In this document: one piece after another, positions 9,656-17,300 of the stretch
Position numbering within the stretch: the first letter of the stretch is position 1
Layout: each line of letters begins with the position of its first letter
Assembly (NCBI GenBank): GCA_001825335.1
Contig: MHWA01000004.1
Location: forward strand, 35,341-99,340
DNA from: Candidatus Zambryskibacteria bacterium RIFCSPLOWO2_01_FULL_35_19
GTDB taxonomy: Bacteria > Patescibacteriota > Minisyncoccia > Phycocordibacterales > WO2-35-19
Direction: 5' to 3'
Length of the DNA: 64,000 bases
Notes under the pieces: model-generated
Seen by the model: only the letters and a program-made list of their open reading frames with translations
What the model was told of the DNA's origin: nothing
Database searches by the model: none
Program-made: the position numbers and the translations under genes

Positions 9656-10630
9656 TTACAAAAACCCAATGATAGCCACTATAAATAAAAAGTATAAACC
9701 CAAAAGCATAAATGCTTCTTTTTTGCTTATAGTGCTATGAGTCCTTACAAATATCAAAAAGAATAGAGTGGCAGCTATCATAAACAAACGACTAATTAAA
9801 AGAAAGGAGGCGTTACTAATTACAACAGGGTGAATTAAAGCCACCACTCCCAACACTACAGTAGCTGGAATAACAATAGAGCCCAAAAGATTGCCGAGAA
9901 TCATAAAGGTCTCTCCCTTTCTAGCTGAAGCGATAGAAAAGTATACTTCCGGCAAAGCATTACCAAAGCCGACAATCAAAAGACCAACCAAACTAATGGA
10001 TATTTTAAAACTTGAAGCAAAAAAAGAAGCTGACCCCACAACGCCTTGAGTGGCGATAAACAATAAAATAATTCCGAGCAAAACTTTTCCAATATTTTTA
10101 AGAGATTCATTCAAAATTTTCTTCCAATTTTTAGGTTCCTCCTCCCTGTATTTTTTGGTAAACCGCTCTTTCTTGGAAAAAAGCCATCCTAAATAGATTA
10201 TAAAAAGAAACAACAAAATAAACCCGTCAGCTCTTGATAAAACACCATCTATCAAAAGAATGATAGGTAAAATAGCCACGCAAATAGTGAAAATCAAAGA
10301 ACTTTTTACAGTTTGGCTTTCTATTTGTATTTCTTTTTTTGGAGAAAAGAGGACAGCCACAGCCACCGCCAAAGTTAAAGCGGTAAAATTATTACCAAAG
10401 ACATCACCCAAAGATAGTTGGGGTATGCCCTCCATTGCTGAAGTAATACCAACAAAAAAATTAGGCAAAGAAGAGGCAAAAGCCATTACAAAAAAGGCAA
10501 CCACAAACTCTTTCAATCCTAAAAAGTGAGAAAGTTTTACCAAACTAGTAACAACAAGTTCACCTGAAATATATAAAATTCCACAAGAAGCTAAAAATAT
10601 AGCAATGTTTACAAACCAATCCATTATCAA
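9656..10630 (-). CDS. Ca2+/cation antiporter, CaCA family (YrbG-like)
   Basis: 324 aa, about 10 TM segments; two alpha-repeat motifs (AFASSLPNFFVG and GFGNALPEVYFS) characteristic of Na+/Ca2+ exchanger family proteins. Confidence 0.7.
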   Translation of the reverse strand: MIMDWFVNIAIFLASCGILYISGELVVTSLVKLSHFLGLKEFVVAFFVMAFASSLPNFFVGITSAMEGIPQLSLGDVFGNNFTALTLAVAVAVLFSPKKEIQIESQTVKSSLIFTICVAILPIILLIDGVLSRADGFILLFLFIIYLGWLFSKKERFTKKYREEEPKNWKKILNESLKNIGKVLLGIILLFIATQGVVGSASFFASSFKISISLVGLLIVGFGNALPEVYFSIASARKGETFMILGNLLGSIVIPATVVLGVVALIHPVVISNASFLLISRLFMIAATLFFLIFVRTHSTISKKEAFMLLGLYFLFIVAIIGFL

Positions 10631-10952
10631 TTATTATACACAATTTTAACAGCAACTAACTTTATTGATTAAATACAAACAAAAAATCCCCACAAAGCCA
10701 CAGACAAACGAAATCTAAATGATACGAACGAGAAAATAGTGTTTAGAGGAGAGATATTTGTACTTCTTTTCACTTGCGCAAATAGAAGCAATATTACTCA
10801 CACCGTTTCCTTGCTCGCCCGCCATAGCTTTTTAAGCGAAGGAGAGTCGATTAGATTCCATAGTCTGCAGCTCTGTGGGGATTTTTCAAAATTTTATCTG
10901 CACCACGCCAATTTCTTCACAAACCTGCCCCATTAGATATTTCATCTAATGA

Positions 10953-11134
10953 GGTCTTCCAAACACACGACAGTGTCAAGGTTCAACCTTGACACTCTGA
11001 TTCGCGAACTTGGAAAATGAGGTGATGATCGGGGTCACCTCGTATAAACAACCGAAAGAACAATTCCTCGCCGATCGCGAGGATAAAACCGTGGGAGCTT
11101 TTATTAGGTCTGGGTAAAAGCTCCACAAAAACCC
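10953..11134 (+). ncRNA. GC-rich structured repeat unit A (candidate ncRNA, one of three paralogous copies)
   Basis: GGTCTTCCAAACACACGACAG...GGGAGCTTTTATTAGGTCTGGGTAAAAGCTCC..AAAAACCC; four hairpins conserved with copies B and C. Confidence 0.45.
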
Positions 11135-11154
11135 TTAAATCGGGGATAATGGGG

Positions 11155-11373
11155 TCAAAGTGTTCGATTCTCAAACGCAGACTTAACCGCGTTCATAGCG
11201 TCCGCGAGAGAATCAAACACACCTTCAGCCCCCCACGCTCCAGAGAGACGGTATCTATTATCAAACGACCGCTGTGCTGTCGCCATGATACCTCCGTCTA
11301 AAATGCAACGGTAATGGGTGGTGCTTTCTACCACCCACAACAATATACCGTCGGACCAATGTTCCTTTTTCAT
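11155..11373 (-). CDS. hypothetical small protein (72 aa) with conserved GC-rich leader
   Basis: MKKEHWSDGILLWVVESTTHYRCILDGG...; strong SD-like AGGAG/GGGAG upstream; GC-rich codons in an AT-rich genome. Confidence 0.35.
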   Translation of the reverse strand: MKKEHWSDGILLWVVESTTHYRCILDGGIMATAQRSFDNRYRLSGAWGAEGVFDSLADAMNAVKSAFENRTL

Positions 11374-11504
11374 CTCAAATCTCCCTCTAACTCCTCACTT
11401 GGCACATGCCGGCGCATTGGTTTGCGTGATCCGGTCAGGGCTGTGAGAAGTTTGGCAAGGCCATTCGCTTCACCAGCGGGAACCTTGCAGAAACCTAAAC
11501 CGTC
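11374..11504 (-). promoter_or_regulatory. conserved GC-rich 5' leader element, copy 1 (candidate cis-regulatory RNA)
   Basis: About 95 nt are nearly identical to 12588-12690, just upstream of an unrelated ORF: ...CACAGCCCTGACCGGATCACGCAAACCAATGCGCCGGCATGTGCCAAGTGAGGAG... ending in the RBS. Confidence 0.4.
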
Positions 11505-11533
11505 CGTTTTTTCAAAATTTTTTCAAAACAGGC

Positions 11534-11736
11534 GGTCTTCCAAACACACGACAGTGTCAAGGTTCAACCTTGACACTCTGATTCGCGAACTTGGAAAATG
11601 AGGTGATGATCGGGGTCACCTCGTATAAACCAAATGAACAACCCTTCAATTTCTCTCAGGGCAAGCCTCGCCGATCGCGAGGATAAAACCGTGGGAGCTT
11701 TTATTAGGTCTGGGTAAAAGCTCTGGGGAAAAACCC
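11534..11736 (+). ncRNA. GC-rich structured repeat unit B (candidate ncRNA)
   Basis: Same architecture as unit A, with a 19-nt indel (not a multiple of 3) in the central region; directly followed by two intrinsic terminators. Confidence 0.5.
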
Positions 11737-11746
11737 ATGAAGCGAT

Positions 11747-11770
11747 AAGACTCTATTAGAGTCTTTTTTT
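11747..11770 (+). terminator. intrinsic terminator 1 after repeat unit B
   Basis: AAGACTCTA T TAGAGTCTT + TTTTTTT. Confidence 0.55.
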
Positions 11771-11938
11771 CAACTCCCCCAAAAACTGGGGGAGTGTTTT
11801 TTTGGTGGGCGGAAGAAGAAGATTATCCTTCCACCCGTAGCCATTGGCTCTAAATCCGAGCCAAATAGCTACCCCCATAGCCCCGAAGACGACCGCAAGG
11901 GTCGTCAATACAAAAAAAATGGACTCTACTATTCCCAT
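11756..11938 (-). CDS. hypothetical small membrane peptide (60 aa)
   Basis: MGIVESIFFVLTTLAVVFGAMGVAIWLGFRANGYGWKDNLLLPPTKKTLPQFLGELKKRL; a single TM helix; RBS GAAGGAG upstream. The listed ORF 11756..12142 is trimmed because its N-terminal part is a translation of repeat unit C. The peptide's 3' end overlaps the plus-strand terminators convergently. Confidence 0.3.
   Translation of the reverse strand: MGIVESIFFVLTTLAVVFGAMGVAIWLGFRANGYGWKDNLLLPPTKKTLPQFLGELKKRL
11774..11803 (+). terminator. intrinsic terminator 2 after repeat unit B
   Basis: CTCCCCCAAAAACTGGGGGAG + TGTTTTTTT. Confidence 0.55.
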
Positions 11939-12034
11939 TTTTATTTTTCTCCTTCTCTCTCCCCCGCTTTTCCCCGAGGGTGGGAAAATTCTAAACCAAA
12001 CGATTTCTAAAATTAAAAAAATCAGAAATCGCGT

Positions 12035-12235
12035 GGTCTTCCAAACACACGACAGTGTCAAAGACGGTCTTTGACATCCTGATTCACGAACTTGGAAAAT
12101 GAGGTGATGATCGGTATCACCTCGTATAAACTGAATGAACAACCCTTCAATTTCTCTCAGGGCAAGCCTCGCCGATCACGAGGATGAAACCATGGGAGCT
12201 TTTTAGGTCTGGGTAAAAGCTCCGGAAAAAAACCC
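12035..12235 (+). ncRNA. GC-rich structured repeat unit C (candidate ncRNA)
   Basis: A diverged copy; the hairpins are kept by compensatory changes (GTGTCAAGGTTCAACCTTGACAC becomes GTGTCAAAGACGGTCTTTGACAT; GGTGATGATCGGGGTCACC becomes GGTGATGATCGGTATCACC). Confidence 0.45.
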
Positions 12236-12242
12236 AGAAGAT

Positions 12243-12587
12243 CTAGCTCTTCGCTAACTTGCGGATACCAATGCGTCCACGCCCTTCTTCTGCATTTTCT
12301 AGGCCGTTGGAGCGCATTATTTCCGGCCATTGGGCCAGGCCGGACCTGAAAAGCTTACCGGTGTTGTTTCCGGTTATCCAGTACCCCGGGAAGGGCGTCT
12401 TCGCGTTTACTCTTTTTACCAATTCCTCGTATTTGAGGAATTCCCCTTCTTCCATCGACCGGGAAACAACCATCCCGATCCACATCTTAATCTGATTAAT
12501 ACTGAAAGCCGGCTCTATACCGGCCTCCTCTCTTTTTGGATTCCTGTTATATTTGTGTGTCACAGGGAACGGACTTACGTTCGTCAT
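12243..12587 (-). CDS. hypothetical protein (114 aa) with conserved GC-rich leader
   Basis: MTNVSPFPVTHKYNRNPKREEAGIEPAF...; protein-like composition; preceded by leader copy 2. Confidence 0.35.
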   Translation of the reverse strand: MTNVSPFPVTHKYNRNPKREEAGIEPAFSINQIKMWIGMVVSRSMEEGEFLKYEELVKRVNAKTPFPGYWITGNNTGKLFRSGLAQWPEIMRSNGLENAEEGRGRIGIRKLAKS

Positions 12588-12735
12588 TTCAAATCTCCTC
12601 CCAACTCCTCACTTGGCACATGCCGGCGCATTGGTTTGCGTGATCCGGTCAGGGCTGTGAGAAGTTTAGCAAGGTCATTCGCTTCGATTCGACCACTCTT
12701 GCAAGTGGAAGCAGCGGACCTTGCAGAAATTTAGG
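12588..12735 (-). promoter_or_regulatory. conserved GC-rich 5' leader element, copy 2
   Basis: Nearly identical to 11374-11475, plus a 31-nt insertion near its 5' end. Confidence 0.4.
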
Positions 12736-12932
12736 AATTGTCTTCCACCTCATCGGTGGATAAATTCACAACCCCTCTTGCCACACCAAATTTAGATTAC
12801 ATCCGCACTGCCTAAGCAGATTGGGACCATCATTTAGTTTGGCGAAGAGGAACTACGATAGTGTTCTGGCAAAACCAGAATTTTTCACATTTCATTCCCA
12901 ATCGCTATGATATTGTCAATGACCTTCAAAGA

Positions 12933-12973
12933 AAAAGACGACTAACTCTCCTAGAAGAATCAGTCGTCTTTTT
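12933..12973 (+). terminator. intrinsic terminator closing the GC-rich locus
   Basis: AAAGACGACT (18-nt loop) AGTCGTCTTT + TTT. Confidence 0.5.
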
Positions 12974-13206
12974 CCAAAGCTTTCTGCTTTGTAGAGCTTA
13001 CGCATAATTCATGATTTTTGATTCATGATTATGCTCCGCTCGTGACTCTCTCCTCTAAAAGATTGCCTTTCTTAACTGTCTAAAGTATAGCATAGTTCAC
13101 TTTTTTTGTCAAGGAAAATTTCTTTTTTCTTACCGAGATTGTCAAAATATGGCTTAAAATAAGGCGATTATCAAAATACTTTTCAGCATCTAACTACCCG
13201 TCAAAC

Positions 13207-13235
13207 CCGCCAATCGATTGGCAGGTTTGTTTTTA
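13207..13235. terminator. palindromic (bidirectional) terminator after the capA-like gene
   Basis: CCGCCAATCGATTGGCAGG followed by TTTGTTTTTAT. Confidence 0.45.
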
Positions 13236-14033
13236 TAAATCTACAAGGCAAGTTCTACCATCTCTGTTTAAAGAAACTTTGTGTTCAATGATATTAATTT
13301 CTCCCCTTTTAATCACCACTTCCAAAACCAAACCAGTAGAAACATTTTTGTTCCAATATTGGTCAAAGATAAAGTTGCCGAGAGAATAATAAATTATCGT
13401 CTCTCCTATTTTTTCAGAAGGGAGGATAACGTGCGGGTGTGAACCAATGACAAGGTCAGCTCCAGCTTGAGCAAACATTTTTGCATAATTTTTTACTCTC
13501 ACTGGAGGCAAGATATATTCATCACCCCAGTGAGTATAGACAAAGACCATTTGTCCTTTTGATTTTTCGTCATCTATTTTTTGAACCACTTTTGAAGCAG
13601 AGTCGCCATCAAACTCGTTATAAGATATGAAAGATACTTTTATCCCCGCTATTTTAGCCCTATAAACAGATTCATCTCCAGCCGCTCCTCCAAAATAATC
13701 CACTCCTGCCTCGTCTAAATATTTTTTAGTTGAAGATATACCTTCTTTGCCAAAATTATTTATATGATTGTTTCCTAAATTTACCATCTTTATATTGTTT
13801 TTGGCTAAAAGTTTGGCAACATTGGTAGGAAAAGTAAATACATAATTGTTATCACTACCGGATGTAGTAAACAAACTAACTGATGCATTTTCAGTAATTG
13901 GTCCTTCTAAATTACCTACTATTAAATCAGCTTCTTTTAAAAAACCAGAAATACAAGAAAATACATAATCTTCTCCATTCTCATACATCATCTTTCTTAT
14001 TTGCCTATCAAAAAAAATATCACCCACAAACAA
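13233..14033 (-). CDS. CapA/PGA-capsule family metallophosphoesterase
   Basis: 266 aa; motifs GNLEGP, NLGNNH, HWGDEY, GSHPHV. The start is uncertain: the listed start is TTG, and an upstream ATG (14114-14116) opens a signal/TM segment in another frame. Confidence 0.6.
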   Translation of the reverse strand: MFVGDIFFDRQIRKMMYENGEDYVFSCISGFLKEADLIVGNLEGPITENASVSLFTTSGSDNNYVFTFPTNVAKLLAKNNIKMVNLGNNHINNFGKEGISSTKKYLDEAGVDYFGGAAGDESVYRAKIAGIKVSFISYNEFDGDSASKVVQKIDDEKSKGQMVFVYTHWGDEYILPPVRVKNYAKMFAQAGADLVIGSHPHVILPSEKIGETIIYYSLGNFIFDQYWNKNVSTGLVLEVVIKRGEINIIEHKVSLNRDGRTCLVDL

Positions 14034-14215
14034 AACTTTGGTTTCTTCTTTTTCATATAAAAAAAGCTGACAAACAAAATAATTAAAACAAAAATAATAA
14101 TATAAAGTTTTTTCATAAAATCTAATTATAATATAACCTCAATTGTAAACCACTCTTTTTAGGATTTGATTTTATAGTGCTAAACATATAATCTAAGGAC
14201 CAGAGAGAACTCAAT

Positions 14216-14428
14216 ATGAAACTAATAGAAAAATCACGTACGAAAGCAATCGGTTTAATTGTAAAAGAAGGGACTGCGACAAAACCCCATCTCTGCAAAG
14301 AATGCCGCTCTGTGATTAATGTGGGGGGTGAGTACAGAAGTATTAAGGGTCCCGGTCAAAATGGTCAGACCTTTTGGTATCATCTTCTAGGGTGTCCACC
14401 ACACAAAAAAAGGAATAGAAAGAGTTGA
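14216..14428 (+). CDS. hypothetical small Cys-containing protein (70 aa)
   Basis: CKECRSV...GCPPHKK, a possible zinc ribbon; followed by a clean intrinsic terminator. Confidence 0.4.
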   Translation: MKLIEKSRTKAIGLIVKEGTATKPHLCKECRSVINVGGEYRSIKGPGQNGQTFWYHLLGCPPHKKRNRKS

Positions 14429-14450
14429 CCAAACCGAACACTATTCCAAG

Positions 14451-14482
14451 AGGGGTTCTCATTGAGAACCCCTATATTTTTT
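14451..14482 (+). terminator. intrinsic terminator
   Basis: AGGGGTTCTCA TTGAGAACCCCT + ATATTTTTT. Confidence 0.6.
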
Positions 14483-14501
14483 ATAAAACAAAAAAGCAAT
14501 T

Positions 14502-15121
14502 TTAATACTGGCTCTGTTTTGGGCGATAGGAGATGGCTTCAAGGATGTGGGAGGGAGTGATTTCAAAAGATGAATCTAGGTCAGCGATGGTGCGGGCCAA
14601 TTTTATTATCTTATGATAAGAGCGAGCAGAAAGATCTAGAGTTTTGGCTGATTTATTCAAAATTTCCTTAACCTCATCTGATATTTTTAAAATAAGAGTG
14701 ATATCTCTAGCGCTCATTTCGGAATTAGTAGCTATTTTTCTATTAGCATCTTTAAATCTTTTTTCTTGAATGTTTCTAGCTTTGACTATCCTATCTCTCA
14801 TCGGGATACTTTCGCTTCTTTCTGCTTTTTCGGTCAGTTTTTCATGGTCTACTTTTGAAACTTCTGTCCATATATCTATACGATCTATTATAGGTCCAGA
14901 AATTTTCCTTTTGTATCTTTCAATTTGCAAAGGCGCACAGGTGCAAGGTTTGCCTTTGATACCGTAGTTGCCACAAGGGCACGGATTCATAGCCGCTATT
15001 AATATAAAATGAGCTGGAAATTTAACGGTACCTTTAGCTCTAGATATAGAGACCACTTTTTCTTCCAATGGCTCTCTTAAAGATTCAATGGCTTTGTTTT
15101 CAAATTCAGGAAATTCATCAA
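14502..15121 (-). pseudogene. comM: 3' fragment (C-terminal half) of a comM/yifB-family gene split by the integrative element
   Basis: Encodes ...LDEFPEFENKAIESLREPLEEKVVSISRAKGTVKFPAHFILIAAMNPCPCG...ISYRPKQSQY, about 90% identical to the C-terminal half of the intact copy at 31416..32951. Homology stops at 15121; the listed ORF (14502..15167) gains a fortuitous Met from element DNA. Confidence 0.7.
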
Positions 15122-15432
15122 GGATGTTCGGTTTGCAAATGGACTTTTTTATGAAGCTGCGCAACACTTTTTTATTTTAAAGAGCCAACTCTTACTCCAC
15201 TTCTATAAGTTTAACAAGTTCTGCAAATTTTGCATAAGTTTTCTACGAACAAGAAATCTTCTACTCTTAAGGAAGCAGTTTTTATTCTGTCATTATGTAT
15301 GCTCGTGCGCGTGAATTAACGTTCAACGTTGCACAGCAGTCATAAAATCCTAACTGTAAACAAGCTGTTAAAACCTAAAAAAGCTTTATTTTAAGGTCTA
15401 TAATATGAATCTAGTGTAAAATAGCGTAAATA

Positions 15433-16938
15433 CTAGAACAAGGTAGACTGCTCTTTGTGTGGATTTGTGGATAACTTTTCTTCCTTTGCAGATAAATTTT
15501 TATGGGGTATATAACTATTGTTTGGATCATTTTTTGATGAAGATGACGACTGCAAAATTCCCCAAGAAATAAGCTCATTTAATTTTCTTAGTGCGTAGGG
15601 TTTAGATTTACCCAATATTTCCTGACATTTTGTTGAGTTTATTTCTTTTTCTTTCTCAACCACTTTTAAAATCTTTTTGTGTTCTGTGTCTAATTTAATA
15701 TTTTTTAAAATTGAATCTGGTATGATAATTTTTTCTCCCCCGTCAACTATAGATTTATCGCCCCCATTAAAGATGACCTGGAACCTGTCTGGAAATTCGC
15801 CAAATTCCGGCTCTTTAAGACCAGCTTCTCCGCAAAGATGTATCATTCTTTTTAATCCCGTTCCCCTTTTATCCATATATCCAAGTTGAACTAACAGGTC
15901 AGCAATAATAGGATTTCTAGTTTTTGGTATAAAATCTCCGGACAAAATAGTTTCTACAGTAAGAGGAGCTATCAGACCTCCAGGATTTTGGATCATAACT
16001 TTTTTACCATGAATCTTCAGCTGAATTTCTGATCCGCTATCACTATAATCTCTATGCGTGATCGCATTGATTACGGCTTCCCTGATTGCCTCAATAGGTA
16101 TATCCGGTATTTCTGTCCTTTCGAAACCTACAACTTTTGCCGAAACTTTTATATTTCTTCTAACAAAACTTTCAAAATCTTTTATTTGTTCGAATATATT
16201 TCCGCTAAATTCAGCTATATCATCCCAATCAGTTGAATCCGGATCAGATTTTGCTTCTGCTCTTATTCTTGAGTTCGGCAAAAAATCCTGAGGTGTTTTT
16301 CCAAATAACAACAATCCGGCTATCGTCGGCTTAGATTCTCCGTTGGTGTTTGTCAAAATTTTCATTCTGCAAAGAAGTTTTATCAAATCATCCCCTATTA
16401 TTTGAGAGCGCTCCCTCTTTTCCAGAGTTACTTTAATGAATTCCAAATCAAGATCTTCAATTGTAGAATTTGTGACTGGTCTATTATCGCACACCTGACT
16501 ATTTCTTCTATATAATTCGGCGATTTCTTCTTCGTTCGCTTCAACATTATTTGAACCTCTGCGTATATAAACTTTCCCGTTTGCCTTATAGGGCGGACTA
16601 TCTCCTCGTTCACAATGAACGATCACGATATGGTGTCCACCATCTTTGAAAAATTCAATCTTTGGAAATGGGTTTGGTTCCGGATTGCATCTGCCTCTTA
16701 TTTTATTAACCAGATTAGATTCTAACGTCTGGGGCAACATTTCACCAAGACCTACAACTTTTCTCTCGTGACCATCCTCTTGTACCCCAAAAATAATTTT
16801 TCCGCCTCTGGTATTATAAAAGGCAACTATAGTTTTTATATCTCTGTCTTTGTCTTCATTCATTCCTAAAGCTGCCCTGAATTCCAGATCATCGTTTTCA
16901 AAATCGTCTAGCAAACTATTAAATTCATCCAAATTCAT
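15433..16938 (-). CDS. COG2865-type ATP-dependent DNA-binding regulator (Schlafen AlbA_2-like N-domain, HATPase_c_4-like C-domain)
   Basis: 501 aa; IVAFYNTRGGKIIFGV...; C-terminal AITHRDYSDSGSEIQLKIHGKKVMIQNPGG. Confidence 0.5.
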   Translation of the reverse strand: MNLDEFNSLLDDFENDDLEFRAALGMNEDKDRDIKTIVAFYNTRGGKIIFGVQEDGHERKVVGLGEMLPQTLESNLVNKIRGRCNPEPNPFPKIEFFKDGGHHIVIVHCERGDSPPYKANGKVYIRRGSNNVEANEEEIAELYRRNSQVCDNRPVTNSTIEDLDLEFIKVTLEKRERSQIIGDDLIKLLCRMKILTNTNGESKPTIAGLLLFGKTPQDFLPNSRIRAEAKSDPDSTDWDDIAEFSGNIFEQIKDFESFVRRNIKVSAKVVGFERTEIPDIPIEAIREAVINAITHRDYSDSGSEIQLKIHGKKVMIQNPGGLIAPLTVETILSGDFIPKTRNPIIADLLVQLGYMDKRGTGLKRMIHLCGEAGLKEPEFGEFPDRFQVIFNGGDKSIVDGGEKIIIPDSILKNIKLDTEHKKILKVVEKEKEINSTKCQEILGKSKPYALRKLNELISWGILQSSSSSKNDPNNSYIPHKNLSAKEEKLSTNPHKEQSTLF

Positions 16939-16992
16939 TAATCAGAGAATACTACTTTTCAGATTCTATTACAATAATTTATGCCATCTGAA

Positions 16993-17295
16993 TCAACAGA
17001 GTTTATTATTTTCAAACATCCAGACGAATTCTTTCAGATTCTTACCCAAAATATAGTATCTAACGCCAGATTTTGTACCCATTCGTATTGGTTTTAGAAT
17101 ATGGCCATAGTAGTTTATGTATTTTATTGTAGTCTTGTAGCTCTTTCTCCAGTAAAAAATTTCTTTTTCGCATATCTGCCTTGCTGAATAGTATTCCGTA
17201 TCTACAGGATCAAACCTGTGCATTGGCTTGTAGGCCTCGCGCGTGCTCCCACGATCCTCGCTGGACTCATTATTTGTGTTTGTAATGGTATTCAT
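16993..17295 (-). CDS. hypothetical protein (100 aa)
   Basis: ORF immediately downstream of the recombinase; no recognisable motif. Confidence 0.3.
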   Translation of the reverse strand: MNTITNTNNESSEDRGSTREAYKPMHRFDPVDTEYYSARQICEKEIFYWRKSYKTTIKYINYYGHILKPIRMGTKSGVRYYILGKNLKEFVWMFENNKLC

Positions 17296-17300
17296 TATCT

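Noticed and set aside
10800-10900. RNase P RNA P4-like resemblance (GGAGAGUCGAUUAGAUUCCAUAGUCUGCAG)
   Set aside because: Only a short partial match to GGAAAGUCCGGGCUCCAUAGGGCAG; no P10-12 or 3' P4 elements were found, and the region is too short.
10983-12734. ORFs 10983..11174 (-), 11314..11601 (+), 12330..12734 (+) and the N-terminal part of 11756..12142 (-) as protein-coding
   Set aside because: They are translations of the repeated RNA-like units or leaders. The copies differ by a 19-nt indel and by paired stem substitutions, which fits RNA structure and not codon conservation.
10640-12975. CRISPR array or integron cassette array as an explanation for the triplicated repeats
   Set aside because: The repeats are about 200 nt with internal multi-hairpin structure, and the spacers between them are 300-400 nt and contain ORFs. 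There is no cas gene, no IntI integrase, and no GTTRRRY core at the repeat ends.
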